Positions 32,653-43,279 of a stretch of DNA of 64,000 nt are shown one piece after another. Source of the stretch: an uncultured Gemmatimonadales bacterium (GTDB taxonomy: Bacteria; Gemmatimonadota; Gemmatimonadetes; Gemmatimonadales; Gemmatimonadaceae). The DNA lies in the NCBI GenBank assembly GCA_963707505.1, contig CAVPQB010000006.1, forward strand, positions 32,001-96,000, in the 5' to 3' direction. Within the stretch, counting starts at the first letter, position 1. The number at the start of each line of letters is the position of its first letter. The notes below the pieces were generated by a model, which had not been told where the DNA came from, made no database searches, and was given only the letters and a program-made list of their open reading frames with translations. Both the position numbers and the translations under genes were made by a program.

Positions 32653-33748
32653 TCACGTCAGAAATTCGTGCAGCAACGAATGAAAGTGGTGCACTCCGTT
32701 CTCTCGCTTCACCGAGTAGCGTCCGCGATCGTAAACCCTGGATCTGAGGTTCTTCTGAACCGCCTCGCAGATCTCTATATCCTCGACCTGTATCTCATCG
32801 CTGAACTTCAACAGTCGAGTCCATGTCTCGTCCGCCTCCACGTTTGCCGGAGGATTCGCTGAATACCACTCGAAAATCGTCAACGTGCGATCAGCGCCGA
32901 GCGGTAGGATTACGTTCGTCTGCATCTGTCCCAGGTACACATTGAGCATGACGTTGGGGAACAGCCAGTAGTATTGTGCCTGGTCGTCGGCAGTGCCGCT
33001 CTGCTCGGGAGGAAGATAGTTGCGCGCCTCCCGGTTCCCGACGACTGGGCGCAGCGGCGCGTGTTGCAGCGAGTAGTACCGGTGCGGCTCGACGTGATAC
33101 TGATCGTACGCTATCTCCTTGTGAAGACCGGGATGCACCACCGGAATGTGGTAGCCTTCGAGATAGTTGTCGATGTACACCTTCCAGTTGCAGTTGAGTG
33201 TGTACTCGCGCCGCATTACGTAGCGCATCTCGTCGATGTGAAAATGTCGCGCACGATCGGGGATGTCCTCCAGAAACTCGCTCAACGGCGGCGCCTTGAG
33301 ATCCAGATTCGCGAAGACGAGCGATCCCCACTGCGCCACCTGAACCGGCTTGAGGTGCATGTCCCCCATGGAGAATCGCTCGACACCTTCCATCTCCGGC
33401 GCGCGAATCAGATCGCCCTGAAGGTTGTAGGTCCATCCGTGATAGTGGCACTGCAACGTCTTTCGCTTGCCACATCCCACGGCGACCATCCCTGCCCTGT
33501 GCAGGCAGACGTTGTGAAAGCCGCGCAGGGTTTCACCGTCGCGTAGTATCACGATTCCCTCGCCGGCGACGTCTGCAGTGAAGAACTGACCCGACTCGGC
33601 GACCTGCTCTGCACGCCCCACGAGCTGCCACGTTGCGGCCGAATATTCGCTCCTGCTCCAGCTCGAGATAGACCGCATCCGTGTAGAGACGCGACGGAAT
33701 CGTTGATGCGCTCGCGATCGACGCGTCGAACGGGAAATGGACGGGCAT
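32653..33748 (-). CDS. Rieske non-heme iron oxygenase alpha subunit, choline monooxygenase-like (one apparent +1 frameshift)
   Basis: NVCLHRA, CHYHGW, NWKVYIDNYLEGYHIPVVH and EDIEICE motifs; N-terminus out of frame at about 33633. Confidence 0.88.
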
Positions 33749-33786
33749 GAGAAATTCCTGGATCGATTGGTCAGAAATTGTAACAC

Positions 33787-33824
33787 AAAAAGGGGCCCGG
33801 CAGCATCACGCCGCCGGACCCCTT
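33787..33824 (-). terminator. Intrinsic terminator
   Basis: AAGGGGTCCGGCGGC-GTGAT-GCTGCCGGGCCCC-TTTTT on the minus strand. Confidence 0.8.
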
Positions 33825-33849
33825 CATTGAAAGCCTTATCGTAGCGTGC

Positions 33850-34779
33850 TTATGGCACGAGCAGAATCAGGTACGGCGAGGGGCGCCAAAAGGTCTTCGG
33901 GTCAGTAATGTGAATCGCCCCGTGGAACACTCGGCCCTTTGCATTGGACCGGTCTGCACCGGTGAGGTCCTGCGACGAGATGACCTCGTACGAACGCGTG
34001 GTATCTACCGGAACAGTCGTCATCGCTGACATGTCGAACGCCCGGAACAGCGTGGAATCAGGATGGCCGTTGGTCGGCCGGATGGTCTGGCCGATCTTCA
34101 CGATGAACGGGAAGCGCGACCCGCCAACTGCCTGAGCGATGTGGTGCTTCACGAGGTAGTCGGCCGTGCCGCTGACGACGAACACCCTGCGATTCTCATA
34201 AGCTGTGGAATCGATGGTGTAGCCCAGCTGCTGCGTACGGTACTGCAGCGAATCGCCACGGATGTTCGACGCGTAGAGCTGCCGGACCAGTGAATCGGCG
34301 CGCGACTGCGACGACGCGAGCTGGGTCTGCAACGCAGCGACGGTCGTCTGGAACTCCGTGACCTGTGACTTGAGCTGACTGTTCTCGCCACCCAGCCTGG
34401 AAACCCGTTCGTTTATGGTGCGAAGACGGGCCTGTGTGCTCTTGAGACGCGCGAGAGCCTGGACCGTCCGTGCACGAACGCCTTCTTCGTAGGAAGTGAT
34501 CGGCTCACCCTTGTTCTTTGCCTTGACGCCAGCTGAAGAGGTTGCCGAGTCGATTGACGCCATCGCCGCCAGAAGGCTGCGCGTAACGCCCATGAGCGAA
34601 TCCTTCTGTGCCTGTAGCTCCGCCGTCTGGGACACGGTCGTGGAATCGGTCGCCGGTGCCGTGGCGGTGCTGGCTGACGTTGTAGCCCCCGCACTCGTGC
34701 CCTTTTCACCTTTCTGGCAAGCGGCGAGCGTAATCGCCAGCAGGACAGCTGGTGATATCCATCTTGCGGCACGACTCAT
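33850..34779 (-). CDS. Coiled-coil lipoprotein, possibly Cbp1-like
   Basis: LAAC lipobox, long coiled coil and C-terminal ITDPKTFWRPSPYLIL. Confidence 0.65.
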   Translation of the reverse strand: MSRAARWISPAVLLAITLAACQKGEKGTSAGATTSASTATAPATDSTTVSQTAELQAQKDSLMGVTRSLLAAMASIDSATSSAGVKAKNKGEPITSYEEGVRARTVQALARLKSTQARLRTINERVSRLGGENSQLKSQVTEFQTTVAALQTQLASSQSRADSLVRQLYASNIRGDSLQYRTQQLGYTIDSTAYENRRVFVVSGTADYLVKHHIAQAVGGSRFPFIVKIGQTIRPTNGHPDSTLFRAFDMSAMTTVPVDTTRSYEVISSQDLTGADRSNAKGRVFHGAIHITDPKTFWRPSPYLILLVP

Positions 34780-35201
34780 ATATGCTGATCTCCCATAGTG
34801 GTTACATGCGCCGCTGCATCCGCAGAGGGCATATTCCGGACTGCTGTTCGAACGAATGCCTGCCAGTATCGCGCCAGAGTGATAATCATATGTTTAACGT
34901 GCTGCGCACCTCGGATCCAGCTGAGCGTGGCGCGAGCAAAAGGATAAGTTTCTCCTATGAAAAAGCCCCGTGAGACGTCGTGGATCATGATCAACTATTT
35001 CCCCGTTTGATCGCGCAATGGATTGCCCTGGATCCACGCCAACGGAGCGCTGGATCGGGGAACAGGGAAATTTTGGCTGGTCAGAGAATCCCCGATCGGG
35101 CCGCCGTCGAAGGGATGCGCCTCACTCCGCCGAGAGACCGTGCCTGTGTACGACAGGCGCTATCCGGACGGCACCCGACGAAGACCGGCGCACCAGTCAC
35201 G

Positions 35202-36653
35202 GTGACACGTGCTGCCAGATGGCTCATGGTGGTCGTCGTAGCCGCATTGACGGTCGCCGCTCCGCGAACGGCGTGGGCCCACGCGCATCTGGTCAGGAGC
35301 GCGCCGGCGGCTGGAGCTCACCTGGGCGTCTCGCCGACTGTGATCGAGCTCTGGTACAGCGAAGCCGCGGCAGCGACGATGACCACGATATCCATCACCG
35401 GACCGGGTGGCAGCCGCGCATCACTCGGTCGGGTGAAGGTCGACCCGAGCAATCCGCTGCGCCTGCTTGCGACGGTCGATGCGCCTCTCCAGCCGGGAAA
35501 GTACACGCTGGCCTGGCGCACCGTCGCGAAGGACGATGGACATCCCTCCAGCGGCAGTTTCACCTTCGTTATCGATAGCGCAGCGCCCGGAACGGCGGCC
35601 GCGTCTATGAATGGCGTCGCTACTGCATCGAGCGGCGCAACACAGAGCGATAGCGCCAGGACGCCGGGCACCACGGCTCCGGTTCCCGTTCAGGGAATGG
35701 ATGTGGAAGCACCGGCCTACGTAGTGGCGCGCTGGCTGAATTTCATCGCGCTTATAACGGTAGTGGGAGCGGCGGCGTTCGTATTGCTCGTACTGCCAAG
35801 GGTGGGCTCGCAGGACGATGCAGACACTGTCAGCGCCTTCGACGATGCCGCGACCAGGCGAGCGGCCAGGCTCGGGCTTGCAGCCGGAATCGTTTTTCTC
35901 ATATCCGCCGTATGCCGACTGTACGCGGAGCACGCCGTCGTCGGAGGCGACGTGGCGATGGGGACGATCCTGGGTTCGTTCTGGGGGCGAATCTGGGTCA
36001 CGCAGTTTGTCATTGCGGTGATCGTGTGCATTGCCTTTGCATCTGCTCGTGGCTCGCGCCGAGGAGGGATCGCATGGCTCGCTGTTGCTATTGTTTCGGT
36101 GGCGCTGGCGGCAACGCCGGCATTCTCCGGACACGCCATTGCTGCCCCCGGAAACAGAGGCCTCTCCATTGCACTCGACGTCATTCACGTAGTGGCGGCA
36201 GGCGCGTGGCTGGGCGGGTTGCTGACGCTCACAGTCGTTGGCGTGCCGGTGGCGCTCTCGATTGGTAAATCGACTGACACGGATGCGCGCGCGCCACGAG
36301 GGCTGCCATTGGTTGCAAGACTGGTGAATGCGTTCAGTCCGCTGGCGCTGGTCTTTGCGGGATTCGTCGTTGCCAGCGGCGTGATTGCCGCGTGGATGCG
36401 TATCGGATCTTTCACGGCGCTGTTCCATTCGACGTATGGCACGGTGCTTCTCGTAAAGCTGGGCCTTGTGATACTCGTACTCGCCGGCGGCGCGTACAAC
36501 TGGCTGCGGATGCGCGGAGCGCTCGCTCACCGGGAGACGGGCGCGTCTGCGGTTGGCAGCTTCCGGCGCTCGGCGTGGATCGAGCTCACAGCTGGAGTGC
36601 TCGTGATCGCCGCCACAGCTGTCCTCGTGGCGACTCAGCCGCCTGTGCGCTGA
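35202..36653 (+). CDS. CopC-CopD fusion copper resistance/uptake protein
   Basis: Signal peptide ending AWA-HAHL, DDGH motif, then a CopD TM domain (SGHA, HVVAAGAWLGG, YGTVLLVK); start inferred. Confidence 0.88.
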   Translation: MTRAARWLMVVVVAALTVAAPRTAWAHAHLVRSAPAAGAHLGVSPTVIELWYSEAAAATMTTISITGPGGSRASLGRVKVDPSNPLRLLATVDAPLQPGKYTLAWRTVAKDDGHPSSGSFTFVIDSAAPGTAAASMNGVATASSGATQSDSARTPGTTAPVPVQGMDVEAPAYVVARWLNFIALITVVGAAAFVLLVLPRVGSQDDADTVSAFDDAATRRAARLGLAAGIVFLISAVCRLYAEHAVVGGDVAMGTILGSFWGRIWVTQFVIAVIVCIAFASARGSRRGGIAWLAVAIVSVALAATPAFSGHAIAAPGNRGLSIALDVIHVVAAGAWLGGLLTLTVVGVPVALSIGKSTDTDARAPRGLPLVARLVNAFSPLALVFAGFVVASGVIAAWMRIGSFTALFHSTYGTVLLVKLGLVILVLAGGAYNWLRMRGALAHRETGASAVGSFRRSAWIELTAGVLVIAATAVLVATQPPVR

Positions 36654-36816
36654 GTCACGCAGCTCACGTCGAAGCGGGAATACTCGCTTCTCTCCGGAGC
36701 GGCTCGGGACCATGCTGCCGATGGCTGGGTATGATATCGCTTCTGGTGACGTGACCGGACGCTGATCCGCGCCACGATGCGCCCCTTTCGATACGTCAAC
36801 GATCGAGGAACTCGGC

Positions 36817-38325
36817 ATGACAGGCGGGCCAAGCCAATCGAGCCTGACGCGCTGGGCCACGCCGGCGCGAGGATACAGCGCCGGCGGCGTTGATGATTCT
36901 GTTTCGAGGACGCGACGAACGGCATGGTGGGCGCCTCTCGCATTCGTCGCAGTCGTACTCGCCGTTCTGACCGCGACTCCGGTGCTGGTGAGTTATCGCG
37001 TGCGCCGACTGCGCGATCAGCTTACTGACGGCAGCGGCGCGGGACGGGTCATCGTCAACGATCTCGAAGTAGCATTTGCGACACAACTACTGATCCACGA
37101 AGGCGAGAATGCTGCCGGCACCCCTGCGGCAAGTGCGTCGGGTGATTCGCTCGCCAAGTTGCGTGAGCGGGTCGACGAAGTGGCGCTCGATTCAGTTGCA
37201 CGACGTGTGGGGCCGGATGCCGTCGAGCAATTCGTGGAGCTGCGCACGCTTGCGAGATCGTGGCACGACCGGATGGACTCGGAGGTGGTCACGTCTGGAG
37301 TCGCGACGGCGAGACTCACCAAGGGTCTCAGCATAACCGCGCAGCAAGTTCTCAACTCCGCCGAGGCACTGGACAGCTATTTCCAGGCGCTGGGACTGCA
37401 GCAACGCGCGCGCATTCGAAGCCTCGAACGGGTGAACCTGATATCGGCCGTGATACTCGCACCGCTGGCACTTGCTGGAGCGCTGGTGCTCTTCTGGACA
37501 GGACGGCGCACGCTGTTCTTCGCGCACGCCGCAGAGCGCGACAGGGCAGCGCTTGCGCGCGCGATGCTGTCCAAGGCCACGCTCCTTCGCGGCCTTACAC
37601 ACGACCTCAAGAATCCACTCGGCGCCGCCTACGGCTACGCGGAGCTTCTCCAGGACAACATGGTGGGCCCGGTTTCCCCGGAGCAACACGAAATGCTCGG
37701 CAGGATCAAGGGGCTCGTCACATTGTCCGTGACTACCGTGAACGACCTGCTGGAATTGTATCGCGACGGCTCCGACGGTCTGCAACTACAGCGAGTGCCG
37801 ACCGAGTTGGACAGTCTGGCGCGAGTCGTAGTGGCGGATTTCATGGCGGAGGCGCAGCATGCAAATCTGGATCTCGCGTTCGAGAGCGATACCTTGTTGG
37901 AATCGGATGAGCCGCGCGCGGCCGGCAATTCGTCCACTCTTGCGAGCACCGATCCGGCGCGGGTACGGCAGATCCTCGGGAATCTGGTTTCGAATGCGAT
38001 CAAGTACACGCCGGCAGGCGGCCGCGTGCGACTGTCGATCCGCGGACCGAGCAAGAGTGATCCGCGGATTGCGATCGACGTGAGAGATACGGGGCCCGGC
38101 ATCCCGGCGCCATTTCAGGAACGCATCTTCGAAGAATTCTTCCGTCTACCGGAGAACGAAGGAATTGCCGGATCGGGTGTAGGACTCGCAATCAGTCGTC
38201 GCTTCGCGCGTCTGTTGGGCGGCGATATCACGGTGACGGACTGGTTCGAGGGCGGATCCGTATTCACTCTGTGGCTGCCTGCGGATCGGGCGGGAAAACA
38301 CAATGCGCCGGTAAGGGTCGCGTAG
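36817..38325 (+). CDS. Membrane sensor histidine kinase (no adjacent regulator)
   Basis: THDLKNPL, NLVSNAIKYT, DTGPGI and GSGVGL boxes. Confidence 0.92.
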   Translation: MTGGPSQSSLTRWATPARGYSAGGVDDSVSRTRRTAWWAPLAFVAVVLAVLTATPVLVSYRVRRLRDQLTDGSGAGRVIVNDLEVAFATQLLIHEGENAAGTPAASASGDSLAKLRERVDEVALDSVARRVGPDAVEQFVELRTLARSWHDRMDSEVVTSGVATARLTKGLSITAQQVLNSAEALDSYFQALGLQQRARIRSLERVNLISAVILAPLALAGALVLFWTGRRTLFFAHAAERDRAALARAMLSKATLLRGLTHDLKNPLGAAYGYAELLQDNMVGPVSPEQHEMLGRIKGLVTLSVTTVNDLLELYRDGSDGLQLQRVPTELDSLARVVVADFMAEAQHANLDLAFESDTLLESDEPRAAGNSSTLASTDPARVRQILGNLVSNAIKYTPAGGRVRLSIRGPSKSDPRIAIDVRDTGPGIPAPFQERIFEEFFRLPENEGIAGSGVGLAISRRFARLLGGDITVTDWFEGGSVFTLWLPADRAGKHNAPVRVA

Positions 38326-38350
38326 ACGGAAACGCAGCATGGCAAAGATC

Positions 38351-38411
38351 CGTCATCCCCGCAAAAGAGGACCATCCGGACACGTCATTCCCGCTTTCGC
38401 GGGAATGACGG
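38351..38411. repeat. CGTC-type REP palindromes
   Basis: Degenerate copy at 38351-38370 and CGTCATTCCCGC-TTTC-GCGGGAATGACG at 38383-38410; lies between convergent genes. Confidence 0.8.
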
Positions 38412-38412
38412 A

Positions 38413-40707
38413 TCATTTAACCGGCGGCAGATTCGTCAGCAGATACCGCGTCAACAACGAGTAGACGTGAAGCGTGGTACCCGCGCCCTCACAGATGCAG
38501 TGAGTGCGATTGGGATACACCATCATGTCGAACTCCTTGCCGAGCGACACCAGGCGATTGACGAGACGCTCGGTGCCCTGATAGTGAACGTTGTCATCGC
38601 CCGATCCGTGCACCACGAGCAACTTGCCGCGCAACCCCTGCGCGAAGTTGATCGGCGATCCGACATCGTAGCCGTGCGCATTGGTGGATGGGAGGCCGAC
38701 GTAGCGCTCCTCGTAAATCGTGTCGTACAATCGTTGATCCGCGACAGGCGCCACAGCCATGCCGAGCTTGTACACGTCCGGATAACGGAACATCGCGTTG
38801 AGCGTGCTCGATCCACCACCGCTCCAACCCCAGATCGCGACGCGACTGCTATCCGCGTACGATCTCGTGCGCGCGAACGTACGTACCGCCTCCGCTTCTT
38901 CCTTGCTCGAAAGCGGTCCAATGGCGCCATAGATAACGTGACGCCATGCGCGTCCCTTTGGCGCTGGTGTCCCGCGGGTGTCGAAGCTGACGACGATATA
39001 GCCGAGGTCGGCCAACATACGATGCCACAACATTCCAGGGCCACCCCAGCGATCCACTACTGTCTGTGCGGCTGGCTCGCCATATACCTGAACGAGTACT
39101 GGATATTTCCTGTTCGGATCGAAGTTGCGCGGGCGCAACATCCAGCCATCGAGTGTGGCACCGTCGCTGATGTGAACCTGAAAGAATTCGACAGGAGGCT
39201 GCACCAGTGACGCGACCGCGGTCCTGAGCGCCGCGTTGGTGACGAGCGTACGCGCAGAGCGATGCGCGGGCAGCTCGACGATGTCAGTGACCGGTGGCGT
39301 GTCGAACGTCGAATATGTGTGGACTGCCCACTGTGCGTTCGGCGATATCGAATAGCTGTTGGTGCCAGTGAGGTTTGCCGGCGTCACGCGCTCAGGCGGG
39401 CCAGGCGACCGGTAGGATACGCGGTAGAGGTACCGTTGCGTGGCGTTCGTCGGCGATGCGACAACGTAGAGCCAGCCGCGCTTCTGATCGACACCCGCGA
39501 CGGAGACCACATCATACGCGCCGGGTGTGACGAGCCGCAATTCGCCTGTCGCACGACTGCCTACATATATATGGCGCCATCCATCGCGCTCACTCGGCCA
39601 GAGAAATTCCTTGCCGCCATTCAACCACTGGAAGTCCTGCTCACGCATGTCGACCCAGGTGGTATCCTGTTCCGTGAGGAGACGATGTATGTCGCCGGTG
39701 CTCACGCTCGCTAGGACGAGATTATCCGTGTTCTGAAGGCGGTTCATCCGCTGGATGACCACGTTGTTCGCGTCAGCCCATTCCATCCATGGGACGTAGT
39801 TGTTGCGCGGGTCACCGGTGAGCTTGGCCCAGACAACGGGACCACCCGTGGCATCGACGACACCTACGCGAACCGCTGAATTGGTCGTGCCCGCCTTGGG
39901 GTACTGGATTTCTTTCGTGACGGGATACAACGAGTCCGTATCATTGATGAGCGTGAAGTTGCGGACTCCGGACATGTCGAACTGCCAGAACGCAATGTGT
40001 CGCGAGTCGGGACTCCATCTGAATCCGTCGCGCAGGTCGAATTCCTCTTCGTATACCCAGTCACTCATGCCGTTGACGAGCGTGCGCGTCGCGTCGCTCG
40101 TCAATCTCGTTACGGCGCCACCGGCAGTCGGCTCGACGTACAGGTCGCCCTTGTAGACGTAGCCTACGTGCGACCCGTCCGGAGAGAACTTGGCAAACAT
40201 GAGCGTACTGGGCTCGGTACTGGTGCCCACCCGGTGGAGTGCGCCGGAATGCGTATCGAGCACCCAGTAGTCACCGCGTGTGTTCTGACGCCACACCTTC
40301 TGGGTGTTCGTGAAGATGAGCAGATGACTTCCGTCCTGTGACCACGCGTAGTTATCGACTTCGAGCGGTTTTGCCGAAGTCGATGGACGGAGCTGTCGTG
40401 CCGAGACCAGAACCTCTCGCGCGCCGGTTCCCGCTGCATACTGCACGATGTCGGTGCCACCGGCAACATCTTTCGATGGCTCGAGTGTCGTGTAGTGAGT
40501 TCCGTCATCACGCCAGCGCGCGGGGGCGGCCCGATCGCCGACGTAGGCTCTGGAATCGAAGATCCGGTGTAGCGATGAATCGACATGCGCGGGAAGCTGC
40601 CCGTGCAGCCGTACCGGAACAACCGACACAATGGTCGCTGCTGCTGCGACGTACGCCAGGCGGTGAAGCATACCTGACCGCGCGGCGCAGCTCGAATGAA
40701 GATTCAT
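38413..40707 (-). CDS. Secreted dipeptidyl peptidase IV (S9B)
   Basis: DWVYEEE, YPKAG, GWSGGG, DDNVH and catalytic His context. Confidence 0.93.
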   Translation of the reverse strand: MNLHSSCAARSGMLHRLAYVAAAATIVSVVPVRLHGQLPAHVDSSLHRIFDSRAYVGDRAAPARWRDDGTHYTTLEPSKDVAGGTDIVQYAAGTGAREVLVSARQLRPSTSAKPLEVDNYAWSQDGSHLLIFTNTQKVWRQNTRGDYWVLDTHSGALHRVGTSTEPSTLMFAKFSPDGSHVGYVYKGDLYVEPTAGGAVTRLTSDATRTLVNGMSDWVYEEEFDLRDGFRWSPDSRHIAFWQFDMSGVRNFTLINDTDSLYPVTKEIQYPKAGTTNSAVRVGVVDATGGPVVWAKLTGDPRNNYVPWMEWADANNVVIQRMNRLQNTDNLVLASVSTGDIHRLLTEQDTTWVDMREQDFQWLNGGKEFLWPSERDGWRHIYVGSRATGELRLVTPGAYDVVSVAGVDQKRGWLYVVASPTNATQRYLYRVSYRSPGPPERVTPANLTGTNSYSISPNAQWAVHTYSTFDTPPVTDIVELPAHRSARTLVTNAALRTAVASLVQPPVEFFQVHISDGATLDGWMLRPRNFDPNRKYPVLVQVYGEPAAQTVVDRWGGPGMLWHRMLADLGYIVVSFDTRGTPAPKGRAWRHVIYGAIGPLSSKEEAEAVRTFARTRSYADSSRVAIWGWSGGGSSTLNAMFRYPDVYKLGMAVAPVADQRLYDTIYEERYVGLPSTNAHGYDVGSPINFAQGLRGKLLVVHGSGDDNVHYQGTERLVNRLVSLGKEFDMMVYPNRTHCICEGAGTTLHVYSLLTRYLLTNLPPVK

Positions 40708-40734
40708 GGCAGTTGCCGTGAAGAGGGTAGCCGA

Positions 40735-41670
40735 TCAGGCAGCGGACGCCGTAGTCGTCATCGGTGTTGATTTGACGGCGGGACGGCGTGCGAGATGATC
40801 CCGGAGCAGCTTGCGAGTTTCTGCGATGGCAGACGCGGGTAGCTCGAGGCGCGGCGCACGAACCGACGCGGTTCCGCAACCCATCTCCTGTTGCACGAAC
40901 TTGATGTACTGAACGAATTCCGGCACCGTATCGAGGCGTAGCAGCGGCAGGAACCAGTCGTAGATCGCCCGCGCTTCCTTGATCTTGCCCGCGCTGGCCA
41001 GCCGCACGAGCTCCACTGATTCGGCGGGAAATGCATTGACCAGGCCGGCGATCCATCCGCTGGCGCCCATGACGATGGATTCGACGATCATGTCGTCAAG
41101 GCCGGCGAATACGTTGAGCCTGTCACCCACTCGCGCAACAACGGCCGTAACGCGGCGTACGTCGCCACTGGATTCCTTCACTGCGTGGAGATTCGGATGC
41201 TTCGTCAGCTCAGCTACCTGTTCCGGAGTGACGTCCGTACCGTACGCGATGGGATTGTTGTAGAGCATGCACGAGAGATCCGTCGCCTCGATCACGGCGC
41301 TGAAGTGTGCGCGCATTTCCGGCCAACTGCCCTTGTACACGTAAGGCGGGAGCGCCATGATACCTTCGCATCCCACCTGAGCCGCGCGTTTCGCAAGTGC
41401 GACACATTCAACGGTCTGAAGACCCGAGATGCCGGCGACGATCGGAACACGCTTGCCGACCGAGCTCACACAGGTTCGAAGTATCTCGACCTTTTCATCG
41501 AAGTCGAGCGTTGCACTTTCACCAAGCGATCCGAGCGCAACGATGCCGGTGCAGCCGTGATCTACGAGCCACGAAACATGGCGCGCCACGAAATCGTGAT
41601 CGACAGTCAGATCCTGCTTGAACGGCGTTGTGATCGCGGGGAACACACCCGTCCATTGCGCCTTCTTCAT
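40735..41670 (-). CDS. DapA family enzyme, probable delta1-pyrroline-4-hydroxy-2-carboxylate deaminase
   Basis: GSLGE, YNNP and KESSGD motifs; located in a hydroxyproline operon. Confidence 0.85.
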   Translation of the reverse strand: MKKAQWTGVFPAITTPFKQDLTVDHDFVARHVSWLVDHGCTGIVALGSLGESATLDFDEKVEILRTCVSSVGKRVPIVAGISGLQTVECVALAKRAAQVGCEGIMALPPYVYKGSWPEMRAHFSAVIEATDLSCMLYNNPIAYGTDVTPEQVAELTKHPNLHAVKESSGDVRRVTAVVARVGDRLNVFAGLDDMIVESIVMGASGWIAGLVNAFPAESVELVRLASAGKIKEARAIYDWFLPLLRLDTVPEFVQYIKFVQQEMGCGTASVRAPRLELPASAIAETRKLLRDHLARRPAVKSTPMTTTASAA

Positions 41671-43013
41671 TGGTACGCTTCTCCGACAGAGGAATTGAAA
41701 AGGATCGAAGGAGTCGCGTCATCCGCGACCTCCGACGACAGAACTGACACCAGCACCGGTTCGATGGGCGGCCGAACCGTGTCCGGCTGCCATGCGAGAA
41801 GGAAATCCAACCCTGGCATGCACGTGCGGCCCTGACAGGGGCCCATGCCGGCACGTGTGTACAACTTGGCCTGACGTGCGCAGGCCGCATCCTTCACAGA
41901 ACCGTATGACACATCCTCGCACCGGCACACGATCGTTTCGGCGGAAGGAAGCGACCGTAGCTCCTCACGAAGTGCGAAGGCGTCGAGCATGCGCCGAGCG
42001 TCAATCTCGAGCGCCGCACGCTTTCGTAGCAATACGTCGGAGACACGGGCCCGCGGCGAGACGGTCAACCCGGCGATCTCGCCTTCGATCAACGCCAACG
42101 GTGCTCCGCCAATGCCCGTTGCCTCGCCCACTGCGAGTACGTTCGCAACAGTGGTGCGCTGTTGCGCATCCACCACAATGGCGCCGTCTCGCGTTTCGCA
42201 GCCAAGCAGCCGTGCGAGCTCGATGTTCGGTACGAGGCCGTAGCCGGTGCAGAGCACGTCGACTGCCTCACGCCACGTCCGGCGACCATTGGTTACTGTG
42301 ACGCTCTCCAACCGATCGGTTCCGTGTGCCGCAGTCACCCACGTGCCAGGCGAGTAGGATGTGGATAGAAAGCGTGCACGATATCGGGCCGCCTGCGCGA
42401 CCAGCGCAGGCGCTCGCCACAAGCCAGCTGCAAACCTCATCACCGCACTGCGCCGAGCCTGCTCAGCGACGAGTATCAGCCTCGCACCCGAGCTCGCGAG
42501 CGACGCCGCCACGGGGAGCATCAGCGGCCCCGAGCCGGCAATGATCACGCGCTTGCCGGCGAATGATGCACCGGACTTGAGCAATGCCTGCGTACCGCCG
42601 ATGCCCATCACACCGGGAAGCGTCCATCCGTTGAATGGGATGAACAGCTCGCGCGCGCCCGTCGCGAGTATGATCCTGGCCGCACGTACCCGCAGCGCGC
42701 TGCCGGATGAGTCCGCCAGAATCTCGAATTCTGCATCTTCATTCTGCACATCCACTACCGATGTGCCATGAATCACATGCGCGCCCGAGCGCGACAGCTG
42801 TGCGATCCAGTGTTGCGCGACGCGCGGAACCGAGCCGCCACTCACGTGACGCCAGATCTGTCCGCCGGCCTCCAGCCCGCGATCGAGCACGATGACACGC
42901 AAACCGGATTCCGCCGCGCGCGCCGCCGCGGCTATTCCGGCCGGTCCCGCACCGATCACTGCGACGTCGGCTACGATGAGCGTCACGTCCGTGCCAGCGA
43001 GCGGCGCCATCAT
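41667..43013 (-). CDS. FAD/NAD oxidoreductase, probable D-hydroxyproline dehydrogenase large subunit
   Basis: GAGPAG, ATGARE, GWTLPGV, CRCEDV and GMGPCQGRTC motifs. Confidence 0.85.
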   Translation of the reverse strand: MMAPLAGTDVTLIVADVAVIGAGPAGIAAAARAAESGLRVIVLDRGLEAGGQIWRHVSGGSVPRVAQHWIAQLSRSGAHVIHGTSVVDVQNEDAEFEILADSSGSALRVRAARIILATGARELFIPFNGWTLPGVMGIGGTQALLKSGASFAGKRVIIAGSGPLMLPVAASLASSGARLILVAEQARRSAVMRFAAGLWRAPALVAQAARYRARFLSTSYSPGTWVTAAHGTDRLESVTVTNGRRTWREAVDVLCTGYGLVPNIELARLLGCETRDGAIVVDAQQRTTVANVLAVGEATGIGGAPLALIEGEIAGLTVSPRARVSDVLLRKRAALEIDARRMLDAFALREELRSLPSAETIVCRCEDVSYGSVKDAACARQAKLYTRAGMGPCQGRTCMPGLDFLLAWQPDTVRPPIEPVLVSVLSSEVADDATPSILFNSSVGEAYQ

Positions 43014-43279
43014 GCGTCAGTCGCCGTGCGAATGTGCATTCCATCAGCGACCGCGATCAGACATGCGCGCTGATGTGGTCTACTGTCGATCGTCACTCTG
43101 CACTCGAAGCAGACGCCCATGCCGCAGACAGGGCCGCGCGGATCCCCCGAAACAGATCTGCGAAAAGCCGCGATTCCAAGATTGAACAGCGCGGCCGCCA
43201 CTGTCGTCCCCGCAGCTACACGCATGCGCTGGTCGTCAACGACGATGTTCAGCTCCGCTGCTGCACCGTTGATCGCCAT
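43010..43279 (-). CDS. 2Fe-2S subunit of the dehydrogenase
   Basis: CGMGVCFEC...RAC; real start MAING overlaps the upstream stop. Confidence 0.85.
   Translation of the reverse strand: MAINGAAAELNIVVDDQRMRVAAGTTVAAALFNLGIAAFRRSVSGDPRGPVCGMGVCFECRVTIDSRPHQRACLIAVADGMHIRTATDA

Noticed and set aside
12727..38411. CRISPR array from the palindromic repeats
   Set aside because: Only 2-3 copies per locus, mostly inverted, without regular spacers or cas genes.
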